Part shown: in pieces, positions 41,601 through 46,179 of the stretch
Layout: the number at the start of each line of letters is the position of its first letter
Numbering within the stretch: position 1 is the stretch's first letter
Source: Christensenellales bacterium
GTDB lineage: Bacteria > Bacillota > Clostridia > Christensenellales > UBA1242
Assembly: GCA_051889995.1 (NCBI GenBank)
Contig: JBJFDL010000002.1
Span: forward strand, 145,051-209,050
DNA length: 64,000 nucleotides
Direction: 5' to 3'
The notes under the pieces: generated by a model
The model's database searches: none
What the model saw: only the letters and a program-made list of their open reading frames with translations
Told to the model about the DNA's origin: nothing
Program-made: the position numbers and the translations under genes

Positions 41601-44552
41601 TTTAAATTCAGTTTCATAGAAACTTTTATTATCATTCCCATTATACTCATTTGTTATATCTTTATAAACCATTGAATCACTAACGAAACAATTAACAGTC
41701 GCTTCAATTGATACTAAATCATTAAACAAGACACCTTCAATTTTATCTATGTTCCCAACAATTAGGTAGCAATACTTGTAAACATCACCCCATCCATCAA
41801 GATCGCTTGCGTCAGTTGAAATACAATAAAGTTCTAAATACTTATCTCCATTTGTATATTTGTAGTGATTTTCGTTGAATTCATCTTGACTCCAACTATC
41901 CCCTAGTGATAATTTAGTCGGTGAATACATTATGTATTCATTGAAAAGAGGATAAGCAATTTGACCAACTTTATAGTGGAAAATATCTCTATTTTCTATT
42001 TCCGTTCCGATTTTAATGTCAACTCTCTTTTTATCTTTATCAAGGGAATAAAGAGCGACATTATACATATTTCCAGAAATTATTGTGTTATCATAGTAAT
42101 ATCCACTATTATAGCAACAAGTTACACTGGTTTGATTATCTGTTTTGTTTGTTTGATTATTCCACCAAGTATAGGAAATAAGAGCGTATCTTTTAATGCC
42201 GGCTAAATTTATGCCTTGTCCAGGACAGCTATCTGATGTGCTATCATATCTAATATTCTTATCACTATTCTGATCATTAGAAGAATAATCTACATTAACG
42301 GCACTATAGGAATAAACTTTATAGTCACTTAACAAAAATGGATAACAATTCTCTCTTATCATTATATGCTCTTCATAAGTGTTATAAGTAATAGATGAAT
42401 AACCTGTTCCTTTTCCAAATTCAAGACCAATTTTTTTCGCACCAATTTTTTCCGCATTTTGTATTGAAGAGTTTAACATAAAAACTGGGATGATAACATA
42501 ATTATTAATATCAACATTTTTTGTATCTTCGACGAAATCATTATCTTCAGAAGAATATTTGTAAATTATTTCAGTTAATTCGCCGTTATTTAAATATGCC
42601 TTTTCGGTTAACCTTAATAAAGCTTCAACAGTTGTCATAGAATATGTTGGTAAATTCCAAAGCGCACTTCTACTATCATCAGTTGGATAAGCAACATAAC
42701 TATCAACTAAAGTATCACTATCATCAACAGCAGAAACTCCACCTTCTTTTACCGTATCAGAAAATGAAATATTGGCAACAATACAATAGCAATATTTATA
42801 TCTTATGTATGGAGACTCAACATTAGCAGTTTTAAGTTTAATGTAATCCGTATCACCAAATAAAGTTAGTCTTCCTGTGTATAATTTTAATCCACCTTGG
42901 TCATCATTTAATGATATATTATCTGTGCAAACAGCGACTTTTGTAATTTGAGTTTGAATTCCTGTTGCATCAATCATAAAATAGAATTGACCAGTCATAC
43001 CCCCAACGTAAATGTTAATATTGCATTGATCAGCCTTACTGCTCGCTAACATTGTTTTATGAATTTTATATCCAACCGACAAACTTGCTTCAGCCCTGAT
43101 ATTACTTAAGCTCAATTTAGGCGATGAAATATATACAACTCCTACTACTCCACCACAAAACATTCTTCGCTCTCCATCTTCACAATAAGGAGCCAAGTCA
43201 TCTTGTCGAGCAGCATCATCAATATTACTAGTTAATTTATCAAAAGCATTTTCAATTACCATTTTTCCTGAAACAAAACAATGAGAAATTTGTCCAGTAG
43301 TAAACCCAACTAGTCCACCCATGTAAAAATCTTTATAAACAGGATTATATAAATTAAACTGAACATCAACTTCACAGTTTTTGATATCACCTGTCATATG
43401 TCCAACCACGCCACCTAAGTAAAAGTCAGCACCATTATATCCCATGCAAATGCTACCGCCGTCTTCTTGATGGTCATTAGCATTATAAACAAATCTACCT
43501 ATGTTAATGTTATTAATTTCACCTTGATACTTTCCAGCAATTCCACCAACGTAACAACCACATCTAAAATACTTATACCAATCTTCGTTGTATGCAGAAA
43601 CAGATTTTTGCTCTTCAATGCCCAACGATTCAATTGAACAATCTTTTATATAGCTTTCATCACCTTCGCCTCTGCCAACTAGTCCACCAATATAAATACT
43701 ATTGGCATTCCAACTACCAAGATTTATTGTAGACAAAAAATTTAATAAAGTATCTTGATTTTGGAATTTTTGAACTTTTACGTTTTCAATTTTTGTGTTT
43801 TCAGCATAACCAATTAATGTGCCATAATTATACTCTGTGACATCATTATTTCCAATTATATTACCCAAAAGGCCACCTGAAACATCACTTGTGTTTCCAA
43901 TAGAAAAGGAAAGGTGGCAGTAATCACCACTAAATGCATAAATCTTGTTAAAATCATCTATATAATTTCCAGAACTTTTTGTTTCAGTATAATTATATAT
44001 CTTTTCAAGTTTAACATTTAAATCTTGTATTTTAGCACCACTAGTATATCCAAATAATCCAAAATTTTGACCAAGTATTAATGAATCATATACATCAACA
44101 CTGGCTCCACCATAATTAAAATCATAACTATACATACAGTAAAATGGAATTAGTTTGCAAGAAATAGTGTGCTTTTGTCCATCAAAGGTTCCATTAAAAG
44201 AAGAATCTTCTGACCAACCAATAGGATAGCCTCTATAAGAAATATCAACTTCTAGTTTAACCTTTATTTGTGGTGATGTTGCCAAAACAGTCTCTGTTGC
44301 CAAAACAGTCTCTATAGTCTTATTTGTGTTCACGGCATCAGCAAAGGCAAGTAGTTGTTCTTCATTATAAATATGAATATATCCATCAGCTGATATAGTT
44401 AAATTTGTGTCTCCTTCAACTTTATCCATATTTTGCATAAAGCCCAAAAATGGAATTATTGCAAAACTAAAAATTAGTAATATAACTCCAATAGTAATGC
44501 TTTTATAAAAATTTTTGAATGGATTTTTAACTTTGTTAACCATAGCTTGCAT
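23622..44552 (-). CDS. Giant (6976 aa) N-terminally anchored surface repeat protein with GLUG-like and Listeria-Bacteroides-type (Flg_new-like) repeats
   Basis: Uninterrupted 20.9 kb ORF with SD AGGAG. N-terminal signal-anchor ITIGVILLIFSFAIIPFLGF. Several blocks of G-rich beta-helix-like repeats (GLFGYTSG, IGGLVGRGEG, VGGIAGKYQG, LGGVVGHMTG, VGGICAINKG...). These follow head motifs such as YEVNSPEDLIKMSYMVNN...FYGNFNGQSYTISNL. Recurrent YTFDGWYLE motifs. No LPXTG-like C-terminus seen. Confidence 0.85.
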   Translation of the reverse strand: MQAMVNKVKNPFKNFYKSITIGVILLIFSFAIIPFLGFMQNMDKVEGDTNLTISADGYIHIYNEEQLLAFADAVNTNKTIETVLATETVLATSPQIKVKLEVDISYRGYPIGWSEDSSFNGTFDGQKHTISCKLIPFYCMYSYDFNYGGASVDVYDSLILGQNFGLFGYTSGAKIQDLNVKLEKIYNYTETKSSGNYIDDFNKIYAFSGDYCHLSFSIGNTSDVSGGLLGNIIGNNDVTEYNYGTLIGYAENTKIENVKVQKFQNQDTLLNFLSTINLGSWNANSIYIGGLVGRGEGDESYIKDCSIESLGIEEQKSVSAYNEDWYKYFRCGCYVGGIAGKYQGEINNINIGRFVYNANDHQEDGGSICMGYNGADFYLGGVVGHMTGDIKNCEVDVQFNLYNPVYKDFYMGGLVGFTTGQISHCFVSGKMVIENAFDKLTSNIDDAARQDDLAPYCEDGERRMFCGGVVGVVYISSPKLSLSNIRAEASLSVGYKIHKTMLASSKADQCNINIYVGGMTGQFYFMIDATGIQTQITKVAVCTDNISLNDDQGGLKLYTGRLTLFGDTDYIKLKTANVESPYIRYKYCYCIVANISFSDTVKEGGVSAVDDSDTLVDSYVAYPTDDSRSALWNLPTYSMTTVEALLRLTEKAYLNNGELTEIIYKYSSEDNDFVEDTKNVDINNYVIIPVFMLNSSIQNAEKIGAKKIGLEFGKGTGYSSITYNTYEEHIMIRENCYPFLLSDYKVYSYSAVNVDYSSNDQNSDKNIRYDSTSDSCPGQGINLAGIKRYALISYTWWNNQTNKTDNQTSVTCCYNSGYYYDNTIISGNMYNVALYSLDKDKKRVDIKIGTEIENRDIFHYKVGQIAYPLFNEYIMYSPTKLSLGDSWSQDEFNENHYKYTNGDKYLELYCISTDASDLDGWGDVYKYCYLIVGNIDKIEGVLFNDLVSIEATVNCFVSDSMVYKDITNEYNGNDNKSFYETEFKLDQNYIDSTNKITKDNSVDKLEIGYTYYVTVFKEMTLNYIDGENDGNRYYANVTSDNGDYTLPNYSSSPIKFNILLGDLEGEEQTLLHELPQNERIAELNEKHLFPYLVDSSTSKTVYSPLNGLVLSNNDKLNNGTTILSSDDSSVVLQLTLKDALDNSYLYTTYLKEKGLIVRYHNSDGSISTTEFYDFNNMIEVGSEEYEYIEGSVIIKDSSLNTYAVNYENIKTTIKLYTPDINGINIKTYSDVANDELKNSATFVDWSYTYSIISNVEGVYIGASETTTYTDYDNFSANILGNSKLKVLIEKGDSFEIDLYPNFVTYNEQNIKGLNVDFDNDKVLNFDSNTNCYEVNSPEDLIKMSYMVNNSTTYAKASYILKNNIDMSGYANFAPIGREGSVFYGNFNGQSYTISNLTIEAKKYVESLTSYIKTANDGSKEDKYLYSEELGECYWKYQNLGKVIKTDYSNSNVCVGLFGYVSGNHLNLISNFNLFDIILKVDSDNYSSNKNFVGFVAGNLTGTYISKISVKGKLELNSVNYDCQKTFVGGVVGLAQYTEISECALKVEIQTNNLINFSIISTTETNTTNIRFVNVFAYLKEVNDDNQGLNGYNFATSYYTNGKLYDVNSSSNGLYYGQNIYVIVDNSAKNFASSDCNAHFSGTVNNIVKSYNNNASDEWKVIQEGFLNKTYPYNTVWTQNSEINNGLPYLVNVGITNITYSISDEYIFTECVNNNGSIVKDSSTFDITSREIVKSYFIFDDYTYDSVLENLQIIIDNTIYNFNSLLGYDFVEYQYINENGTIDYSVSKTNTANLNKMLFSNDIKVNLYFTPKTISIKYYFGEQELSDLEETVEYNSTYITKTENDLSWKNLSDEDKIKSQGYEIHNFYLYLSNNYNLNLKNSSPFVEIATTKAFYSLGNESQETEIPVHSFKIDYSNNDYSYNIIIQLLDKENDKEIEFNCARQIGYRVNFMAPSSLEFGAEQEVLGYQTIEPYFDRYYGDQEKIDISLLDTDKLQISGYDTFINKEDNWYYYLDDEQTNIKIFNSNDFGVPTNGTSAFPDLRYYDYNEVEITDELGNKIVKYELNIYPKLVPVNFRVYYSLELENGNYYTDGFYQEVKYGETLTLLDTYNPNGHTTGFTLEYFEIYNMLSGTTQLVTQSDYYPGANVTFLFSHNIYLRCYYSRNYYTVSTTTPANEDSNIQKYYVKVGKITQFNSFEIKNTKVAKIGQNTYESFSDYLTTENGYNLIKVLYGQNVTIIPIVSLGVRVNNIAKDSENLYTFANTISTLSDYSEGIGNLNNINFNVMQHHSVTISVTKLTDVQLTKENIHYNDTIINGYKINNENDLYSLIKINNGIIADDVVLNGNINITGYNLYIKEFKGKLYGNGYAINGLTISNLSNNDDAKSFINKNNGEIYDLNFDNVIFNLENNSSNFAIIGQNFGKVNNVNILNAIYNVNLVQEGVIDKTIYAGVISSENFGEIDFVTINADVIIENNAPISFGMVAGKLASVSSSSIISNTVIDGKLTIKNPNQITELQNKSFISQVVGTIMYQSTEKNITIDSIVVRLTNEDIAIDDIDSLTYAYVAGYTEFNTTNYSKYIMISNIVFENNKLTPKISSNDDFNEEYLSTIGYISSNNYDTLLKLIDGTDTSYEFSLTTANFDVAYNLLSGTAHYIIKNGLNLHLINVKVEKEEECPVIEGITKTIGNYNVPVEDNKNILIYLPLSNCLKINSVDYVSSLEEKSVALYFKENNITDITHNFEIVYILNATELSQSYVQTRRISQTDNLIIVYDIKSISLSFSYVLDSVSTFTDEEKALIEKSVVLYINEEEILSSQYSISYKTVSGTTTNNIAYAKYINIDFNKEIRLYSDYKIDINLPKVARLSKTYGLTLDGAVIQNSYKQTDFSYTKTANRFKNTPYEFRAYLESNIFAMTIDLGLEKSNGTTSVDIEKNQVIEAIEFNENFYNNLSNNAEYDVDNNQIIISLAQTQNSIYEYILPSKLSNLITDENSGSYFELLGLYCNDVMYYNNNFDRVVSETVILDDNLELTAKWQSKTFTIKIDNLVNEPDDICYISDYNSYSEDEDGYAYHTFSVFEIISYPTIKLLELNEYYNLVGYKIKNLDILVSNGVNPLSEYAYMIENYFQYANNREIILEPVFELITYVYTFEAVPDDTEEYLLVNGVRVDEPYSIELSLYQIDTQDINEYLGHIVGVKESNSEYHKYKFIGFDENKTETNPLISYLNGSYSFRDEYKEMLKNNHERPYYACFSQLIEQQTITIYLNEYYDTLSDIYIQSLENYDYELDAENNYLTIKIDKGSNFTFPKITFENENYIVSSFTNSNDGSEYNVGDVIENIKNNLEFHINLKYKVAFIMNGGNFDSDYNKSLVAYNGSIIIDSINDYVLDEDGNYYVYVPFNSGITYSLTLPVKAQVTKTNAEFVGITINGTSTNYGETLSINHATIINFAFETQLISIIINLNGADEFSYTADGYVVKEAILGVDTLEIKVDYATTLNSVINNLPTLTKFKDGKKYTSIEYLFDSSVISDGKLVANGNANVIFEENEYTVVIVNAEKGNEQYSETKKYGEIFSEPNLEIDYREFIGLSLIIDEFVEITWNGEVFSLFENETIKEYIVQNNNEYSLTLYSFYNLKANITIKGVLNSAYTEEFTGIVSSLNYEIDANGYITFSTIEIDVVNPQEMIYLVPTAFKNEMLFKAFKGYYEESDDSKTIIIDKTGKITSSFESKNTYTLVPFFENILFDFVINADYDNITLNAGNYDEYVGVGFIKQVAFGETLLDLPVVAYNSNIFKGYIISGYTINSTEITPELIASEDGKIISKYNTLNSNYFVYEKDVYYINYDAMNSMREVSAYFEEDLIEIEVNTSNYANGRILNILSKNQEEISKTNILDENNNVIGYKVNLPRYSEIYILTEYDVEKFSVSLPNNLGIEFENINDKTIKTSQIYSNCEITIAFVPIQFNITYYDNENQLMLEPSSYNCQTETFMLPDYEKTYYTFDGWYLENSYTTKVESIEKGSYGDLVLFAKTTRKTITINIDYQDKECNKYYNAQIEDEEKFTIIKDSSGLKQISFNVEMGADNVELPRLTYENDNYIVKYYINDVEYNIGYKFEENTEITVKYEYKVNFVTNGGSFNNYYLDLTKDENDNYYLFVNYNTSLTLPTTAQVVRTNSSLVKILVNSVEREIGSDILISEPTEIVLDYDAALLTININLNGADEFIFLADGTLIKEAKFDDEKTSLEIKVYYGSSVNTIISALPTLTKTEINKKYTFIGYDFSNVINEDIIANSGNAEAVFSENSYTIKILNFETNEEQYSVTAKYGETIETPNLEVPYREFKVLSLRSTELIEFTWSSVMRALDEVFDEYVQKDNNEYTLVLYSFYDLKSHITIKGVLNSAYTEEFTNITNSTNYEEDAEGYITFSKVEFDVVNPNEKTYLVPTAFKNEMLFKTFKGYYEEDDLSKTLIIDKDGKITENFENKNTYTLVPYFEDNTYQLKIFATYSNTSTLVGYVKAENGFVSESEISLNGVLNNLPKLDLINCMFEGYYISLNTNVLLSEDDVQIANNEGQMLEGYTSLTTNYFNYLLNTYNCEVTQKQIVAKYSYDYVTIKVVSNDEELGNVLEIKTDDEQVLTNEAVSGGYEVKVIKGSNVVIEANYNTNVSTFEWTSDVDGLFNETNKQLKQVKLENVTNDLIIVANFTAINFNLTYIMLGEEQNLTPNSYDVKDEFNLPVPTEYDEKLYTFDGWYLEEIFETKIESIEKGSYGNKTLYAKMNRLNITVEINLNRTDFTIENLNDLENIEYETRDDKIIFLIPINSTSLNLPDITFNNAQLNVIRYLVNGVTYTSDYIFTTDVILNVVIGYKVEYITYGGTLVNTTMNTLTEESNFIGYYTYVENGTIITLPTSDDVSIQNRTLANKFKVNGVETTETQITITSYTVVEFTYTADIYTLTLPLGDFNVPEQINRSEYIISYEINDVTKVIEFKVYAGTITESIKDALPVLTIDGDYTFMGYSFDDTENQTTITKNGTITPIKEANTYKINIFKGTNSVKTLTVEDYTFDASLYADGGNKFVGLYLDESYTIKFELPLSMPDVRNYDTYYKNGSTYTLDVYALYLNQIDVIIKSNVDSAFVYPQSYVGIQDFWTNPETFNSSASLTISDIDNFVIPVPTITQKDLRFATFVGYTLQINNEDSGILVIDRYGQKTEDFIYQANITLIQKFEFNNIDFTLVISDGIIDNYEGFIEVTETNTLTKSIQFNSIIGNLPIVKLENFLFKGYYLSTNNSVLLDTNTDLQISDENGVLIDDYKYLTNIYFDDLTQKTIVAKFEYHIVKLSVIVNNTKLGYINNNFKYLADNSNISYEEYKDINGNILGYTLFAKEGQIIKVSTVVNSFANFKEYSTNDTTLEISCNTDTTILISKYINDAIIIANIECKEYNIQYYTNISNEINEITSQLNPAKYPKTYTYESETITLQHYQELGYEFEGWYLDEKFVNKIEEIKTNSSGDLKLYVKLSPSKLQARIYHNLDEYSNVVKTIDCTYNEVLSNLIMLDAVNGYNFVGFFTQKDRQGYMLNKNSLFTYTTSIDLYAYYERLEVATLNGFGTLANPYQISNAEEFKLFTIIEKNATRKTYYKLTKNIKIEDKDIYLENFNGVFDGNGYVIYLDNCISSNNLINSNGLVERTLSLFGNNNGTIKNLTVVEKLTALDNAIKVDKFVLSAVALQNTGIIENIILHFIVDINLEISEDNYDLYLICKDQTTENTNNISILESKLILNGNALTFNACQDKHLISKNTSVVTKDGDIYPASSVEELNYLLSLNEDITINLTDNIDMKGYILDVALTNSIKINGNGYIISNMVVINKDKIFNNLEINNVAFENLVYINLTNNETRIITNISGDKFYIQIDITTAKYVIDKVLNETILSNAYFIANNGTLIFENNGVIKNLYTIGLDLINVNNSSCINLTKFDLSSAELNSQVEAFMSNENISAEIWFIDNANIMNEQFVLPALINIGNYVYKLIYDDSIVEIKEINLSNYIVNNNLIIVKTPAQIAVSVAIINEETSQYKLAEIQLNDIAISSITKVVLNSADITKNYNEIKVITELKQYTVMFNVNDINGGKITILSINGIDVNEDVLTSKIYSDVLSGTVFKIKAQANNGFSFEGYSNGVTDVTAEIEVLSDIDITAIFKHLITFKFETEINLDSVLLSYTNVTKKEYGYEIQLPDTDNVMSELYNILPQTISVVDYKFNSYNVESESETEYKVTAIFDIDYVNISFEYNQNEVSLISLLPDFEISNTNPEISVINNTEDTNNIAVLRNYNLTVKFNLNGSTLTSIKQGGIDITYTINEDNTIEFTILCNSDKTITINTAEIQVTTTFEFNGEYSYGISLKDYEFESGVLTTKVNSDVYFKLSGLPENLEIENFVVLDVFGQEVEQEIILINGYYLYRANQNAKIIITIKEKQFAVNVYLTQGGSFETTEELQEAVSDYEDYSKLYTITKNYEDSFELTLLAEDNYQVKEIMITYNNSTYKSSKNQLVFSKLTSDLTIMVTFSGLDTWLDYDIITNEDDTTTYKPKYFTLQEFSGKGTEQNPYVITSRNDFLTMAFNVNVMKMSYSNVYFKLSKKNAEFNFKDHYFMPIGTDETEFDGIIIGEDLTLSNIQILGKTNVGVFRTLGEKAKLQSISFGGSVMGYSIVGSICGTNKGTIIGCSTNISITTTNLNYDDENIVGGICAINKGKILRSYNAGKITSNAVLTAGISAINDGEIENIYNTGTLKLNTAYSEEYVVAGISAKNSGKIQFGYNYSNIYATNFENLIVCGTTYNLATGTSEDIYYERNILGDIETIRGVGLTYSDMIDSNNAIYSTWNFVSVWTFLQIGLPRLQKVYEFRAKVTFNVAFDTNIESDKQILVIEFIDESILKNYCLVATQKQLVVGLENIPTGKYQLRFSSLIQNSIVTNCTTTVEINEDNGADIQISIYVSKSAKTGYTASVII
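28040..34800. repeat. Three diverged tandem copies of a ~2.2 kb (~740 aa) unit inside the giant gene (boundaries approximate)
   Basis: The YTFDGWY/YEFEGWY landmark recurs at 32574, 30348 and 28134 (periods 2226 and 2214 nt). Long collinear protein matches include HITIKGVLNSAYTEEFT...YLVPTAFKNEMLFKAFKGYYEE (~33.4-33.7 kb) against the near-identical stretch at ~31.2-31.5 kb, with a more diverged third copy at ~29.0-29.3 kb. Confidence 0.8.
44278..44313. repeat. Perfect 18-bp tandem duplication inside the giant gene
   Basis: GTTGCCAAAACAGTCTCT occurs twice back to back, giving the in-frame ETVLAT-ETVLAT near the N-terminus. Confidence 0.9.
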
Positions 44553-44589
44553 ACTCCTATTTTTACCTAAAAAAACTTATTTATATATT

Positions 44590-44618
44590 ATTATATATAA
44601 TTTCTCTTTTTTTTCCAA
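44590..44618 (-). promoter_or_regulatory. Sigma-70-like promoter of the giant gene
   Basis: Minus strand reads TTGGAA, a 17-bp spacer, then TATAAT. Located between the upstream terminator and the AGGAG SD. Confidence 0.55.
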
Positions 44619-44627
44619 ATAAATAGC

Positions 44628-44652
44628 TAAAAAAAATGAGCGTGACGCTCAT
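44628..44652 (-). terminator. Rho-independent terminator of the 412-aa gene
   Basis: ATGAGCG-TGA-CGCTCAT hairpin right after the stop (44654-44656), followed by a U-run on the minus transcript (plus-strand A-run 44628-44635). Confidence 0.75.
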
Positions 44653-44653
44653 T

Positions 44654-45892
44654 TTATATTGTTTTTGTTTTATCAGCATCTGGTAACTTAAAATTAAAAT
44701 TACCATCTCTCATTTCAATAAAGCCATCTAGGATATTGGCTCTTTCAAAAGTAACTGTTTTTATTTGAATATCACTTTTTGTTTTTTCACCGTTTAGATA
44801 TCTTAGAACATCTTTACCTAATGTATTATACCACGCAAAATCATAAAAACTATCAACCGAACTTGAAAGTTCAAACACTCTATAATATGCCTTAACATGA
44901 TTAGAATCATAATTGTCACTTGTCATAACAAGACCATCACCATTTTCAATAATATCATAATTTTCACTTTTTGTTTCGCAATAACTAATTCCACCAATTC
45001 TTATTGTATAATCTACTCTTCCAGTTTCTTCATCTATATTATAAATTAAATCTTCTAAGCTGTCTATTACTTCTGTTGGCAAAAATCCTATTTGTCTAAT
45101 GATGTCCTCATCTTCAATATCTAATGCAAATAAATCATTAATCTTATCTTGATTCTCTTTTGTATCTTCAATTTTTCCAGCATACGAACTGGACTCTACT
45201 AGATTTACTCTTTCGTTTACTAATGCCATAGTTTCAAAAATTTCATTAAGACAAGAAATGTATGAAAGCATATCTCCACTTTCTTCGGCGTTAACCAAAG
45301 AGTTGTAATATTTTACTTGCGTTTCATAGGTGTCAACATAACTTCTTTTTTGAACCGATGATGAAAAAGGATTAAAAGAATCCCCACTATAATATACAAA
45401 CACATTAGTAACATCAGCATCCTCTTTAGGATCCTGAATTCTAATCATATCAACATTGGCCTTTATAAAGGTTGAGTGATTATCAAATATTTTATCCTTT
45501 ATTGTTTTGTCTGCTTCCTTATAAACTTTTTCAATTTGTCGATTATATTTATAAGTTTCTATTTTGTCAGAATTTTTAGCAAGGAAAAGGCCACCAACGG
45601 CCGCACTTGCAATCATAGCGCCTAGTGCTGACCATAAAAGCACTTTGTTTTTTGTTTTTTTAGGTTTTTGAGATTTTGCAAAATTAGAAATATTATCTCT
45701 CGACAACTTTCTACTTTCTTCTTGCGCCCTAATTTCCTTATCTAATTTCTCGTAAGGAATTCCATCATTTTTTTCTAATGTTTTTAAGTCTTTTGATTTT
45801 TTCAAATTATTGTTTAAATCAGTTTCAATTTCATTGCTTGGAATTTCAATGGTATAATCATCATAAATCTTGATTTCTTCTTCCATACCCAC
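44654..45892 (-). CDS. Single-pass membrane-anchored hypothetical protein (412 aa)
   Basis: Charged N-terminal ~85 aa, one TM (VLLWSALGAMIASAAVGGLFLA), and a ~300 aa C-terminal domain with no recognisable motif. Confidence 0.65.
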   Translation of the reverse strand: MGMEEEIKIYDDYTIEIPSNEIETDLNNNLKKSKDLKTLEKNDGIPYEKLDKEIRAQEESRKLSRDNISNFAKSQKPKKTKNKVLLWSALGAMIASAAVGGLFLAKNSDKIETYKYNRQIEKVYKEADKTIKDKIFDNHSTFIKANVDMIRIQDPKEDADVTNVFVYYSGDSFNPFSSSVQKRSYVDTYETQVKYYNSLVNAEESGDMLSYISCLNEIFETMALVNERVNLVESSSYAGKIEDTKENQDKINDLFALDIEDEDIIRQIGFLPTEVIDSLEDLIYNIDEETGRVDYTIRIGGISYCETKSENYDIIENGDGLVMTSDNYDSNHVKAYYRVFELSSSVDSFYDFAWYNTLGKDVLRYLNGEKTKSDIQIKTVTFERANILDGFIEMRDGNFNFKLPDADKTKTI

Positions 45893-46142
45893 ACTCCTTA
45901 AACTTTAAGTTAAATCAATTGTATCACAATATAAGACATTTTTCAACCCCTTTTTAAAAATATTTTAACAATCAAAAAATCTTGAAATTTAATAAATATT
46001 TTGTATTATTAGCTAATTGCCTTATTTGGTTACTCAAAGATAAGATTACAAAATTTGCTTGAAGTTTTTATTTAATGTGGATTGAATTTTCTTTGAAAAA
46101 AAATACACAAAACTTGCTAAAATCTTATATTTTCAATTTTTA

Positions 46143-46172
46143 TTGACCGATTTTTAATATTTGTGGTATAAT
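46143..46172 (+). promoter_or_regulatory. Strong promoter positioned for a leaderless mnmE transcript
   Basis: -35 TTGACC (46143-46148), 18-bp spacer containing an extended -10 TG, and -10 TATAAT (46167-46172). This ends 7 nt before the ATG at 46180, with no SD. Confidence 0.5.
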
Positions 46173-46179
46173 AAAAAGT

